The notes under the pieces: generated by a model | Database searches by the model: none | What the model was told of the DNA's origin: nothing | Seen by the model: only the letters and a program-made list of their open reading frames with translations | Position numbers and translations under genes: made by a program | From: Beijerinckiaceae bacterium | Lineage (GTDB): Bacteria; Pseudomonadota; Alphaproteobacteria; Rhizobiales; Beijerinckiaceae | Length of the DNA stretch: 50,315 nucleotides | Assembly: GCA_051652685.1 (NCBI GenBank) | Contig: JBOFUS010000149.1 | Location: 1 to 50,315 of the forward strand | Direction: 5' to 3' | Shown here: one piece after another, positions 1 through 7,963 of the stretch | Layout of the letters: the number at the start of each line of letters is the position of its first letter | Position numbering within the stretch: the first letter of the stretch is position 1

Positions 1-85
1 TGGTTGCCACGACAGGCAGCTGAAGCTGCACCATGCCCAGCACCACACCGTTCGGCGTCTTGTTCAAGCCTCCCAGAGCACTCAT
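1..85 (-). CDS. First 28 codons of a carbon-nitrogen hydrolase (AmiF-type formamidase / aliphatic amidase-like); gene runs off the left edge
   Basis: Own translation of the minus strand: AAGGAG (93-98), ATG at 85, MSALGGLNKTPNGVVLGMVQLQLPVVAT. Resembles nitrilase-superfamily formamidase N-termini from memory. Very short, so tentative. Confidence 0.4.
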   Translation of the reverse strand, partial: MSALGGLNKTPNGVVLGMVQLQLPVVAT

Positions 86-111
86 CGGGGGTCTCCTTCC
101 TGTGAAAAAAC

Positions 112-1035
112 TCAACGTGCCAGCGAAAGCTCGCCCGGCACATCCTTCAGCGCCTTCTTCGAGCCGGCGGAGCCGATCATCAGAAAGAGCGTCAGGATGT
201 AGGGGGCGGCGTTGAAGAAGTAGTAGCCCTGGGTAATACCGATGGACTGGAGCGCCGGGCCGATGGCACCCGCCGCACCGAAGAGCACCGCCGCGAAAAG
301 GCAGCGAATCGGATCCCAGCGGGCAAAGATCACCAGCGCCACGGCCATCAGGCCCTGGCCGGACGATAGGCCCTCGTTCCAGCTGCCGGGATAGTAGAGA
401 GACAGGAAAGCTCCGCCGACGCCCGCCAGAAAGCCGCCTGCCGCCGTGGCCAGCAGACGGATCAGCATGACAGGATGGCCAAGCGCACGGGCCGCCGCCT
501 CGCTGTCGCCGGTGACGCGCAGGATGAGCCCCATGCGCGTGTTCTTCAGCGCCCACGCAAGAAACACCGCCAGCGCCACGCCGACGAAGAACAGCGGATT
601 GACCTGCAAGGCCTGGGCGATATGCGCATTGCCCGTCCAGTCGCCGAGCGGAATGGACGGCAGGCGCGGCGCGGTGGGCTGGATGTAGGGCTTGCCGAAG
701 AAGAACGCGAGGCCGGTGCCGAACAGCATGAGCGCGATGCCGACCGCGATGTCGTTGACGCCGGGCAGCCGGCAGATTGTGGCGTGGAGCACGCCCATCA
801 TGAGCCCGAAGCAGCCGGCAGCAAGGACGCCGACCCAGGGTGATCCGGTCTGGAACGAAAAGGCGTAGGCCGTCATGGCGCCGAGCACAAGCGTGCCCTC
901 CAGGCCCAGATTGATGCGGCCCGAACGCTCCGTCAGCATTTCGCCCAGCGCCACGAACAGGAAGGGCGTCGTCACCCGGATGGCTCCGCCGATCATGGCG
1001 ATCAGCACGGTGGCGAAGGCGGTGGACGCATCCAT
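112..1035 (-). CDS. ABC transporter permease (BMP/nucleoside-sugar type, second membrane subunit)
   Basis: 307-aa hydrophobic ORF; motif ERSGRINLGLEGTLVLGA is typical of this permease family. Its ATG shares a base with the stop of the upstream permease (TGATG at 1033-1037). Confidence 0.85.
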   Translation of the reverse strand: MDASTAFATVLIAMIGGAIRVTTPFLFVALGEMLTERSGRINLGLEGTLVLGAMTAYAFSFQTGSPWVGVLAAGCFGLMMGVLHATICRLPGVNDIAVGIALMLFGTGLAFFFGKPYIQPTAPRLPSIPLGDWTGNAHIAQALQVNPLFFVGVALAVFLAWALKNTRMGLILRVTGDSEAAARALGHPVMLIRLLATAAGGFLAGVGGAFLSLYYPGSWNEGLSSGQGLMAVALVIFARWDPIRCLFAAVLFGAAGAIGPALQSIGITQGYYFFNAAPYILTLFLMIGSAGSKKALKDVPGELSLAR

Positions 1036-2153
1036 CAGGTGCGCTCCGCCGGAATCTCAGGGTTGAACAGCCTGAGCCGGCCATAGAGCGTCTCGCTTGC
1101 CAGCAGCACCACGAAGCTCAGGCCCTGCAGCAGAAGCACCGTGGCATCCGGCAGGCCCATGCGCCGCTGGATGATGCCGCCCGCCGCCGCGATGCCGCCA
1201 AACAGGATCGCGACCGGGATGATGGCCAGCGGGTGATGGCGGGCCAGAAACGCCACGAGGATGCCGGTGAAGCCATAGCCTGCGGCAAGCGATGCGTTGG
1301 CCTTGCCATGCACGGCGGCAACCTCGAAGAAGCCCGCCATTCCAGCGCAGGCCCCGGCGATCATGGAGGCCACGATGATCAGCCTGCCCACCGGCAAACC
1401 CTGCGCCAGCGCGGCACGCGCATTGCCGCCGGCCACCTTGCAGGCGAAACCAAATGTGGTGCGGAACATCAGCACATAGAGCAGCACACAGGAGCAGACC
1501 GCGAAGGCGAGCCCCCAGTGGACATCGATGCCCGGCAATTTGCCCACCATCTCCGGCGAACTCATGGCCCTGGTCGAGGGCTTGTTCGGATCCGCCGGAT
1601 CCCGCAGCAGCCCTTCCACGAAGAAGTTCATGATGGCGATGGCGATATAGGACAGCAGCAGTGTCGAGATCGTCTCGTTGACGCCCCGGTGGTGGCGCAG
1701 AGAGCCGGCGATGCCGAGCCAAGCCGCGCCAGCCGTTGTCGCCGCCAGAAACATCAGGCCATGCATCAGCCAGGGGTTGCCACCACCGATCATGGGAATG
1801 GCCACCGCCGCCGCCGCGAGGCCACCCAAGACCAGCGCGCCCTCCCCGCCGATCATCGTGAGGCCCAGCCGCGCCGGGATGGCCACGGCCAGTGCGGTCA
1901 GCATCAGGGGTGCTGCCCGCATCAGCGTGTTTGACCACGAAAACGCCGTGCCGAAGCCGCCAAGCCAGATCAGCTGGAAGAACTGGACGGGGGATTTGCC
2001 AAGCGCCAGCAGAAACAGTGAGAACAACGCTGCCGAGACGAGCAGCGCCATGACAGGAATGACGAATGCCTCGGCTCCCCGGCGGATGCGGATCATCCAG
2101 TCGGAGGCAAGGACGCTGCGCGCGGGATCGGATGAAACGCTTGCGAGGGTCAT
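1035..2153 (-). CDS. ABC transporter permease (BMP/nucleoside-sugar type, first membrane subunit)
   Basis: 372-aa multi-pass membrane ORF, ATG at 2151-2153, coupled to the next permease. Confidence 0.85.
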   Translation of the reverse strand: MTLASVSSDPARSVLASDWMIRIRRGAEAFVIPVMALLVSAALFSLFLLALGKSPVQFFQLIWLGGFGTAFSWSNTLMRAAPLMLTALAVAIPARLGLTMIGGEGALVLGGLAAAAVAIPMIGGGNPWLMHGLMFLAATTAGAAWLGIAGSLRHHRGVNETISTLLLSYIAIAIMNFFVEGLLRDPADPNKPSTRAMSSPEMVGKLPGIDVHWGLAFAVCSCVLLYVLMFRTTFGFACKVAGGNARAALAQGLPVGRLIIVASMIAGACAGMAGFFEVAAVHGKANASLAAGYGFTGILVAFLARHHPLAIIPVAILFGGIAAAGGIIQRRMGLPDATVLLLQGLSFVVLLASETLYGRLRLFNPEIPAERT

Positions 2154-2218
2154 TCTATGGCGCCGAAGAGCCTCCGTGGGCGAAGTTCCTGCAGTTCAGT
2201 GATGGCCCCCGGACCTCA

Positions 2219-2250
2219 TCACGCGGCCTGCCACAGGACAGGCCGCGTGA
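2219..2250 (-). promoter_or_regulatory. Intercistronic stem-loop between binding-protein and permease genes
   Basis: Perfect 12-bp arms tcacgcggcctg / caggccgcgtga around an 8-nt loop. No U-tract, so more likely an mRNA stabiliser or attenuator than a full terminator. Confidence 0.5.
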
Positions 2251-2272
2251 CGGGAGCAGTCAGGTCGCCACA

Positions 2273-3385
2273 TCAGGTCATGGAGCCGACCACACCGTCG
2301 GCGAGGAAGTTCATCCCGTCGAGCACACGGTCGAAGTTGTCATAGCTGGCGTTGGGCAACACCACCGCGCCCTTGTTGTCCTTTATCGGACCCTTGAGGA
2401 TCGGCTTGTTGGCCTTGAGATCGGCAATGGCCGCCTCCGCCGCCTTGCGTGATGCCTCTTCCGCGCCGGCACCAAAGGCGGTGTTGCGCACCATGTCCTT
2501 GTCATAGCCGCCAAACAGCACGTTGGGCACGGGCTGACCCTTGGCGATCGCGTCGGCGAAGGTCTTGTAGATCGTCTCCCACTTGTATTCAGCGCCGGTG
2601 ATGAAGCCCTTGGGGGCGAGGCTCGCCTGGCTGGCGTTGTGGCCAAGGCTCTTGACGCCACGGCGCTCGGCGGTCTCGATCACCACCTTCGGGCTGTCCA
2701 CATGGCAGGTAAGGATATCGCAACCTGCGCCGATCAGTGCGTTGGCGGCCTCCGCCTCGCGCACCGGCAGCGCCCAGTCACCGGTAAAGATCACCTGCAC
2801 GGTCGCGTTCGGGTTCACCGAGCGCGCGCCCCAGAGGACGGAGTTGATGTTGCGCAGGACAATCGAAATGGGCTTGGCCGCTACGAAACCGATCTTGTTG
2901 GATTTGGTCGCAAGGCCTGCGGCCACGCCATTCACGTAATGCGCCTGGTCGATGTAGCCGAAGTAGCTGCCGGCGTTTGCCGGGTGCTTGTCCTTGTCCC
3001 ACAGTGGCGCTGCGTGCCGGAAGGTGACCTTTGGATACTTCTTGGCGGCGTCCACCATGAACGGGTTGAAGTAGCCGAACGATGTGGCGAGGATCAGGTT
3101 CGCGCCTTCGAGATTGATCATGGATTCCATCGACTTCAGCACGGCGGCTGTCTCGGCGACATTCTCTTCTTCCACGATCTTGACGCCTGGCGTCGCCTTC
3201 AGCGCGTTGATGGACACCGCATGGGCCTGGTTCCAGCCGAAATCATCCTTCGGGCCGACATAGACGATGCCGATGGTGACGGCGGACTGTGCCAGTACGC
3301 CGGTGGGCAGGCCGAGCGCGGCGGCCGCGGCGCTGACGGATGCACCCTGCAACAGCATGCGGCGGGACAGGAGATCATGAGACAT
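2273..3385 (-). CDS. BMP-family ABC transporter substrate-binding protein (Tat-type signal)
   Basis: Internal ATG at 3385 of the 488-aa ORF gives MSHDLLSRRMLLQGASVSAAAAALG, followed by a BMP-like body (IGIVYVGPKDDFGWNQ). The upstream 118 codons are Arg/Ser-rich and non-protein-like. Confidence 0.85.
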   Translation of the reverse strand: MSHDLLSRRMLLQGASVSAAAAALGLPTGVLAQSAVTIGIVYVGPKDDFGWNQAHAVSINALKATPGVKIVEEENVAETAAVLKSMESMINLEGANLILATSFGYFNPFMVDAAKKYPKVTFRHAAPLWDKDKHPANAGSYFGYIDQAHYVNGVAAGLATKSNKIGFVAAKPISIVLRNINSVLWGARSVNPNATVQVIFTGDWALPVREAEAANALIGAGCDILTCHVDSPKVVIETAERRGVKSLGHNASQASLAPKGFITGAEYKWETIYKTFADAIAKGQPVPNVLFGGYDKDMVRNTAFGAGAEEASRKAAEAAIADLKANKPILKGPIKDNKGAVVLPNASYDNFDRVLDGMNFLADGVVGSMT

Positions 3386-3444
3386 GGCTTGCGCCTCCAG
3401 GGAGAAGGGTTCGCCAGCTCGCGCGACTGGCTTGCTGGACTGCG

Positions 3445-3460
3445 TGCAATCGACATGCCA
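3445..3460 (-). promoter_or_regulatory. sigma54 (-24/-12) promoter motif upstream of the BMP binding-protein gene
   Basis: Minus strand reads TGGCAT-GTCGA-TTGCA (consensus TGGCAC-N5-TTGCW), 60 nt upstream of the ATG at 3385. Confidence 0.6.
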
Positions 3461-3551
3461 TGCGCAGCTCGCTCCTCTGCGTTTGTCTCGCGAAACAACG
3501 GGTCGGATTGATATCCAGTGATTTTCCGGCCGCACAAACCGCATCTGTCGC

Positions 3552-3568
3552 TGCACAATAATTATGCA
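3552..3568. promoter_or_regulatory. 17-bp AT-rich near-palindrome, candidate enhancer/operator site
   Basis: TGCACAATAATTATGCA (arms TGCACAAT / ATTATGCA, one mismatch), about 95 nt upstream of the -24 element. The ends resemble an NtrC-type TGCAC...TGCA site. Confidence 0.35.
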
Positions 3569-3569
3569 A

Positions 3570-4511
3570 TCAACCTTCCCGGCGATGGGTGTATGTCGCG
3601 TCGAGCCGCTCCCTGAGATAGGCCGCGCCGGTGGTCGGTGGATAGCGCGCCGGACGCGTCTCCGACAGGCAGGTGGGAACAGCAATGACCGCAGCGTCAG
3701 GGTTGGGATCGAGGAAGAAGGCGAGCGAAAGCCGCTCACGCGGCGCGCGATGCGTCACGCGGTGGGGCGTGGAGACATAGACGTCGTTGGTCCAGCGCAT
3801 GAGGCAATCGCCAATATTGACGATGAAGGCCCCGGCGACATGGGGCACGGGCAGCCAGCGCCCGTCGCGCGTCTTCACTTCCAGTCCGCCGGCGTCATCG
3901 GTCATCAGCAGCGTCAGGTTGCCATAGTCCGTGTGCTCGCCCGCCCCGCTGATTGCGGCCGCGCCGGCGGGTGGATAGCGCAGGATGCGCAGCGTCGCGA
4001 GCGGCGCATCGAGAGAGGGCGCGAACCAGTTGGCATCAAGGCCAAGATCAACCGCGATGGGGCGGTGCAACGCTACGCCCAGTTGCCAGACCGCGTTGAA
4101 ATAGGCGAGCGAAACGTCGCAGAACGCCGGATCGGCAGGCCAGAGATTGACACCGCGAAACGGCTTGCCCGCCACGACGTCCGGGTGGTCGGCGGGAAGA
4201 TCAAGCCCGATGTTGAAGGCCTCTTTCACATCCGCGCCGGCCTTCGGGTCGAGCGCCTCTTCCGACAGTCCCACATAGCCCCGGTTATGCGGGGAGCGAC
4301 GGATGGAGAGCGCCGCCTTCTCGCTGACCGGCCGGGCAAAGAAGCCGCGAGCGGCGGCAAACATTCTGTCGATCAGCGCGGCAGGAACACTGTGGTTCAC
4401 GACCGTGAAGAAGCCCATGCCGCGTGCCGCGGCACCAATTTTGCCGGCGAGCCGACGGTCTGCGTCAGGCGTGCCCAGTTTGCCAAGATCGATGATCGGA
4501 ATAGCACTCAT
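3570..4511 (-). CDS. 2-oxoglutarate/Fe(II)-dependent oxygenase (isopenicillin N synthase-like family)
   Basis: Start taken at ATG 4511 (MSAIPIIDLGKL). Facial-triad motifs HTD (GEHTDYGNLTLL) and STPHRV, plus RLSLAFF, are present. Confidence 0.85.
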   Translation of the reverse strand: MSAIPIIDLGKLGTPDADRRLAGKIGAAARGMGFFTVVNHSVPAALIDRMFAAARGFFARPVSEKAALSIRRSPHNRGYVGLSEEALDPKAGADVKEAFNIGLDLPADHPDVVAGKPFRGVNLWPADPAFCDVSLAYFNAVWQLGVALHRPIAVDLGLDANWFAPSLDAPLATLRILRYPPAGAAAISGAGEHTDYGNLTLLMTDDAGGLEVKTRDGRWLPVPHVAGAFIVNIGDCLMRWTNDVYVSTPHRVTHRAPRERLSLAFFLDPNPDAAVIAVPTCLSETRPARYPPTTGAAYLRERLDATYTHRREG

Positions 4512-4565
4512 GGGCGGGAAAATCCTTGCAGCTGGCCGGCCGCGCCTTGTGGGACACAAGCCCTG

Positions 4566-5015
4566 TCAGCCGGTGATCACCTTCACATCGTCCGGCAGAA
4601 GCGGCACACGGAACCCGCTGCGCACGAGTTCAGCGAAGCCCTCGTTCGGCACCATCAACGTCAGGCAGTAGAGCTTCTCCGTGCCGGTATTGACGACCTC
4701 GTGGTCATTGCCCGGCCGCACGACGAAGCTTTCGCCCTTCTTCAGCGGGATTTCCTCGCCGTTGCAGACAGATTTGCCCTCGCCCGACAGCACGAAGAAC
4801 ATCTCGTGCGCGTGGCCATGGTGGTGCCAGGGCGTCTTGCCGCCGGGCTCGAACACCTCGAGAAACACCATGAACGGCACCTTGTCGCGGATCGGGTCCG
4901 CGATCAGCGCAAAGTAGTTCGTGTCGGTGTCGCTGATCTTGAAGGTCTCGAGATCGGGAAGCCGGCGAACGATCATGGGCTCTGCCGACACACTTTCCGC
5001 AGCTGCTGCGCTCAT
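4566..5015 (-). CDS. Cupin-domain protein
   Basis: Cupin motif 1 PGGKTPWHHHGHAHEMFFVLSGEG and motif 2 GESFVVRPGNDHEVVN. GGGGAGAA precedes the ATG at 5015; the longer start at 5051 is possible. Confidence 0.8.
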   Translation of the reverse strand: MSAAAAESVSAEPMIVRRLPDLETFKISDTDTNYFALIADPIRDKVPFMVFLEVFEPGGKTPWHHHGHAHEMFFVLSGEGKSVCNGEEIPLKKGESFVVRPGNDHEVVNTGTEKLYCLTLMVPNEGFAELVRSGFRVPLLPDDVKVITG

Positions 5016-5074
5016 TGCTTTTCTCCCCTGGGGTGAGAGGGGCCGGTGCACAACCCGCCCCTCGGCTTGCGACG

Positions 5075-6118
5075 TCAGTTGGTCATGACCTTCACGGCGC
5101 GCTCCGCCACCGGCGGCAGGAACGCGCGGTTGAACACCTGTGCCGGGGGTGGCAGCGTGGTCAGGCCATAGGCCTCGCCCACGAAGCCGATGGCCTTGGT
5201 CATGCGGTCATCCTTGATGTCGCCGAAGCCGATCTCGGCAGCTTCCTTGGTCAGCATCAGGTGCTTGAATGCGTAGAGCAGCCGGCGCTTCTCGACGTCG
5301 CGGTTGAGCAGCGGCTCGCGCTTCATCAGGGCGTCGATTGCGACGTCGGGATTGGCCACCGCGTCCATCAACGCCTTGTTCACAGCCTTGACCAGACCCG
5401 AAACCGCCTTCGGGTTCTCCTTGACGAGCTTTGGCGAGACCATGACGCCGTTGGAGTAGATATCGACGCCAAAGTCGCCGTAGTTCATCCAGCGAAAGTC
5501 CTTGTCGGGATCGAGCTTCATGCCAACAAGGTTCATGTAGCTCGTCGCCGTGAAGATCATGGAACCGTGCACCTGGTCCTGCACCAGCATCTGCTCCTGA
5601 AGGTTGGGTGCCATGTTCAGCACCTCCACCTTGGAAGCATCGATGCCGTTGAGCTTGGCGAAGACAGGAAAAAGGCGCGTGGTGGCGGAGCCGGTCGGCC
5701 CGCCGAGCTTCTTGCCCTCCAGATCCTTCGGTGTCTTGATCGGCGAGTTGGCCTTGAGCACGATGCCGAAGGGCGGCTGATTGTAGATCATGTAGACCAT
5801 CACCGGCGTATCGGCCGGCTTCGTCGCCGCGTTCTGGATGATGGCATTCACGTCGCCGAAGCCGGCATCATAAGCACCGGACATGATGCGGTTGACCGTG
5901 GCGGCGGAGCCTTCGCCCTGATCCACTGTCACCTCAAGCTTTTCGGCGGCGAAATAGCCCTTGTCGATGGCGAGATAGTACCAGGAATGCATGGCCTGGT
6001 ACTTCCAGTCGAGTGTGAACCTGATCTTGGTCACGTCCTGCGCAAGCGCGGAGGACGCACACGAAACGGTCAGGGCTGCGCCCATGAGCGCGGCAGTAAG
6101 TTGGCGGCGGTTGAACAT
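5075..6118 (-). CDS. NMT1/THI5-like ABC substrate-binding protein (NitT/TauT family), paralogue 1
   Basis: ATG at 6118 gives MFNRRQLTAALMGAALTVSCASSALAQ (signal peptide), then KIRFTLDWKYQAMHSWYY...DQGEGS. The rest of the 590-aa ORF upstream is a shadow extension. Confidence 0.85.
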   Translation of the reverse strand: MFNRRQLTAALMGAALTVSCASSALAQDVTKIRFTLDWKYQAMHSWYYLAIDKGYFAAEKLEVTVDQGEGSAATVNRIMSGAYDAGFGDVNAIIQNAATKPADTPVMVYMIYNQPPFGIVLKANSPIKTPKDLEGKKLGGPTGSATTRLFPVFAKLNGIDASKVEVLNMAPNLQEQMLVQDQVHGSMIFTATSYMNLVGMKLDPDKDFRWMNYGDFGVDIYSNGVMVSPKLVKENPKAVSGLVKAVNKALMDAVANPDVAIDALMKREPLLNRDVEKRRLLYAFKHLMLTKEAAEIGFGDIKDDRMTKAIGFVGEAYGLTTLPPPAQVFNRAFLPPVAERAVKVMTN

Positions 6119-6210
6119 GTGATGATACTCCCAGTTTGGGCTGCTCCCCGGCAACCCGTTGAAAAAATTCCTCGAAGGCGAATGCGCAGTTCTTTCAGGC
6201 CGCAATTCTC

Positions 6211-6993
6211 TCAGGCCATGGCCATGTCCTGCTTGCGCGTGGCCCAGCCGGTGACGCGCTGCTCGACGAGGGAAAACAGGACGTAGAGACCGACACCGAG
6301 GAACGCGAGGAGGAAGAGCCCCGCGAAAACCAGCGGAACGTTGAAGTTGGATGAGGCGATCATCATCAGGTTGCCGATGCCGCGGTTGGAGGCGACGGTT
6401 TCCGACAAGACCGTCCCGACAAAAGCGAGCGTGATTGCGACCTTCAGCGAGGCGAAGAAGTAGGGCATCGCGCGCGGCAGGCTGACATTCCAGAGAATGT
6501 CGAGCTTTTTGGCACCCAGCGCCTTCAGCACGTCCTCCAGTTCCGGTTCCGTGGTGGCCAGCCCAGTGGCCACGTTCACGACGATGGGGAAGACACAGAT
6601 GACCATCGACGTCAGGATGGCCGGCGTCGTTCCGGCCCCAAACCACAACACGAAGATCGGCACCACCGCGACCTTGGGGATCGACGAGAAGCCGACAAGC
6701 AGCGGATAGGCCGTGTCGTAGGCCGTGCGCGACACGCCGATCATAACGCCCAGCAGCACGCCGATGACGACTCCCAGCCCGAAGCCGACCAGCGTGGTGT
6801 AGAGCGTCTGGATGAGGTGCGGCCGGATGCCGGGGAAGAACTGCCACATCGCGGTCATGATGACCGTCGGGCGCGGCAACACGATCTCCTTCACGCTGAA
6901 GACGATGCAGGCCAACTCCCAGATCACGAAGAACAGAAGGATGAAGAGGCCGGACTTTGTCTTTTGCCAGCCGCGGTCGGACCTGATTGCCAT
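6211..6993 (-). CDS. ABC transporter permease (NitT/TauT family)
   Basis: 260-aa membrane ORF with a typical binding-protein-dependent permease core; 3-nt gap to the ATPase gene. Confidence 0.9.
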   Translation of the reverse strand: MAIRSDRGWQKTKSGLFILLFFVIWELACIVFSVKEIVLPRPTVIMTAMWQFFPGIRPHLIQTLYTTLVGFGLGVVIGVLLGVMIGVSRTAYDTAYPLLVGFSSIPKVAVVPIFVLWFGAGTTPAILTSMVICVFPIVVNVATGLATTEPELEDVLKALGAKKLDILWNVSLPRAMPYFFASLKVAITLAFVGTVLSETVASNRGIGNLMMIASSNFNVPLVFAGLFLLAFLGVGLYVLFSLVEQRVTGWATRKQDMAMA

Positions 6994-6996
6994 GGC

Positions 6997-7842
6997 TCAG
7001 GCCTTCCCCGCGCGGGCTTCGACGATGAGGTTGCGGAGCTGTTGCGTCAGCGCCACGAACTCCGGGGTAAAGGTCATGTCGAGCGTGCGCGGTCGCTGGA
7101 ACGGCACCGGATCGTCGGCGATGACGCGGCCGGGCCTGGCGCTCATCACGCAGATGCGCGTGGCAAGGAAAGCGCTTTCGCGCAGGTCATGGGTGACCAG
7201 AAGCACTGTTGGCCGCCGCTCCATCCAGAGCGCCTGAAGCACGCCCCAGAGCTCCTCACGCGTGAACTGGTCGAGCGCGCCGAAGGGCTCGTCCAGCAGC
7301 AGAAGCGCCGGCTCGTGGATCAGTGCGCGGCAGAGGTTCGCCCGCTGCAACATGCCGCCGGAGAGCTGCCAGGGATATTTGTCGCCAAAACCCTTGAGGC
7401 CGACGGTCTCAAGCAGCGCCTCGGCGCGGTCCCTGAACTCGCCCTTCTTCTTCGCCCGGTATTGCTGGCGAAATGGCTCGACAATCTTCAGCGGCAGCAT
7501 GACATTCTCGCGAATGCGCAACCACGGCAGCATCGTCGGGTTCTGGAAGGCCATGCCGATGCCGACCTTCTCCGCGCCCACCTCGCGGCCACCCACGAAG
7601 ACATGGCCGGTGGTGGCTGGAATCAGGTTGGCGACGAGTTTCAGGATCGTTGACTTGCCGCAGCCGGACGGGCCAACGAGAGCCACGAAATCGCCCTTGG
7701 CGATCTTCAGTGTCGTCGGCGAAAGAGCGAGCACGCTGTTGTCGCCCCGACCATAGGTGATCGACACGTCCTCGAGCGCGATGATCGTGCGTTCGAGAGT
7801 TTCGACTGATCGCAAGTCGCTGGGGCGGGCCACCATGTTCAT
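6997..7842 (-). CDS. ABC transporter ATP-binding protein (NitT/TauT family)
   Basis: Walker A GPSGCGKST, signature LSGGMLQR, Walker B LLLLDEPF. Start at 7842, or at the second ATG 7836. Confidence 0.9.
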   Translation of the reverse strand: MNMVARPSDLRSVETLERTIIALEDVSITYGRGDNSVLALSPTTLKIAKGDFVALVGPSGCGKSTILKLVANLIPATTGHVFVGGREVGAEKVGIGMAFQNPTMLPWLRIRENVMLPLKIVEPFRQQYRAKKKGEFRDRAEALLETVGLKGFGDKYPWQLSGGMLQRANLCRALIHEPALLLLDEPFGALDQFTREELWGVLQALWMERRPTVLLVTHDLRESAFLATRICVMSARPGRVIADDPVPFQRPRTLDMTFTPEFVALTQQLRNLIVEARAGKA

Positions 7843-7853
7843 GCCTTCAACTA

Positions 7854-7869
7854 AGCAATCGATGTGCCA
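7854..7869 (-). promoter_or_regulatory. sigma54 (-24/-12) promoter motif, perfect consensus, upstream of the ABC ATPase gene
   Basis: Minus strand reads TGGCAC-ATCGA-TTGCT, only 12-18 nt from the ATGs at 7842/7836. An 8-bp palindrome TGTGCACA lies at 7956-7963, upstream. Confidence 0.6.
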
Positions 7870-7963
7870 GTCACCCGCTTTGCGATGACGGGTGCAGTGA
7901 AGTGGTGGATTTCCCCCGCCGCGATTCTAGGCAGATATGATCTGTGGATTCAGATTGTGCACA

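Noticed and set aside
2273-3739. N-terminally extended versions of real genes in the ORF track: 2273-3739, 5075-6847, 7964-9355, 15060-16190, 19418-21538, 21220-22521, 22242-23384, 25246-26976, 39562-41241 and 43154-44776.
   Set aside because: The extensions overlap upstream genes or promoter regions, have non-protein-like composition, and internal ATGs give canonical signal peptides or N-termini, often with Shine-Dalgarno sequences or ATGA coupling.
5015-6286. Long plus-strand ORFs antisense to the three NMT1 binding-protein genes: 5015-6286, 11446-12603 and 14877-16124.
   Set aside because: They are mirror images of paralogous genes in high-GC DNA. Their translations are Arg/Gly/His-rich with no recognisable domains. 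Their recurrence is explained by the paralogy of the real genes on the other strand.
7870-7900. Hairpin cacccg-N11-cgggtg after the AtzD-family gene, as a possible terminator.
   Set aside because: It has only a 6-bp stem, a large loop and no U-tract. It lies upstream of the sigma54 motif and is not convincing as a terminator.
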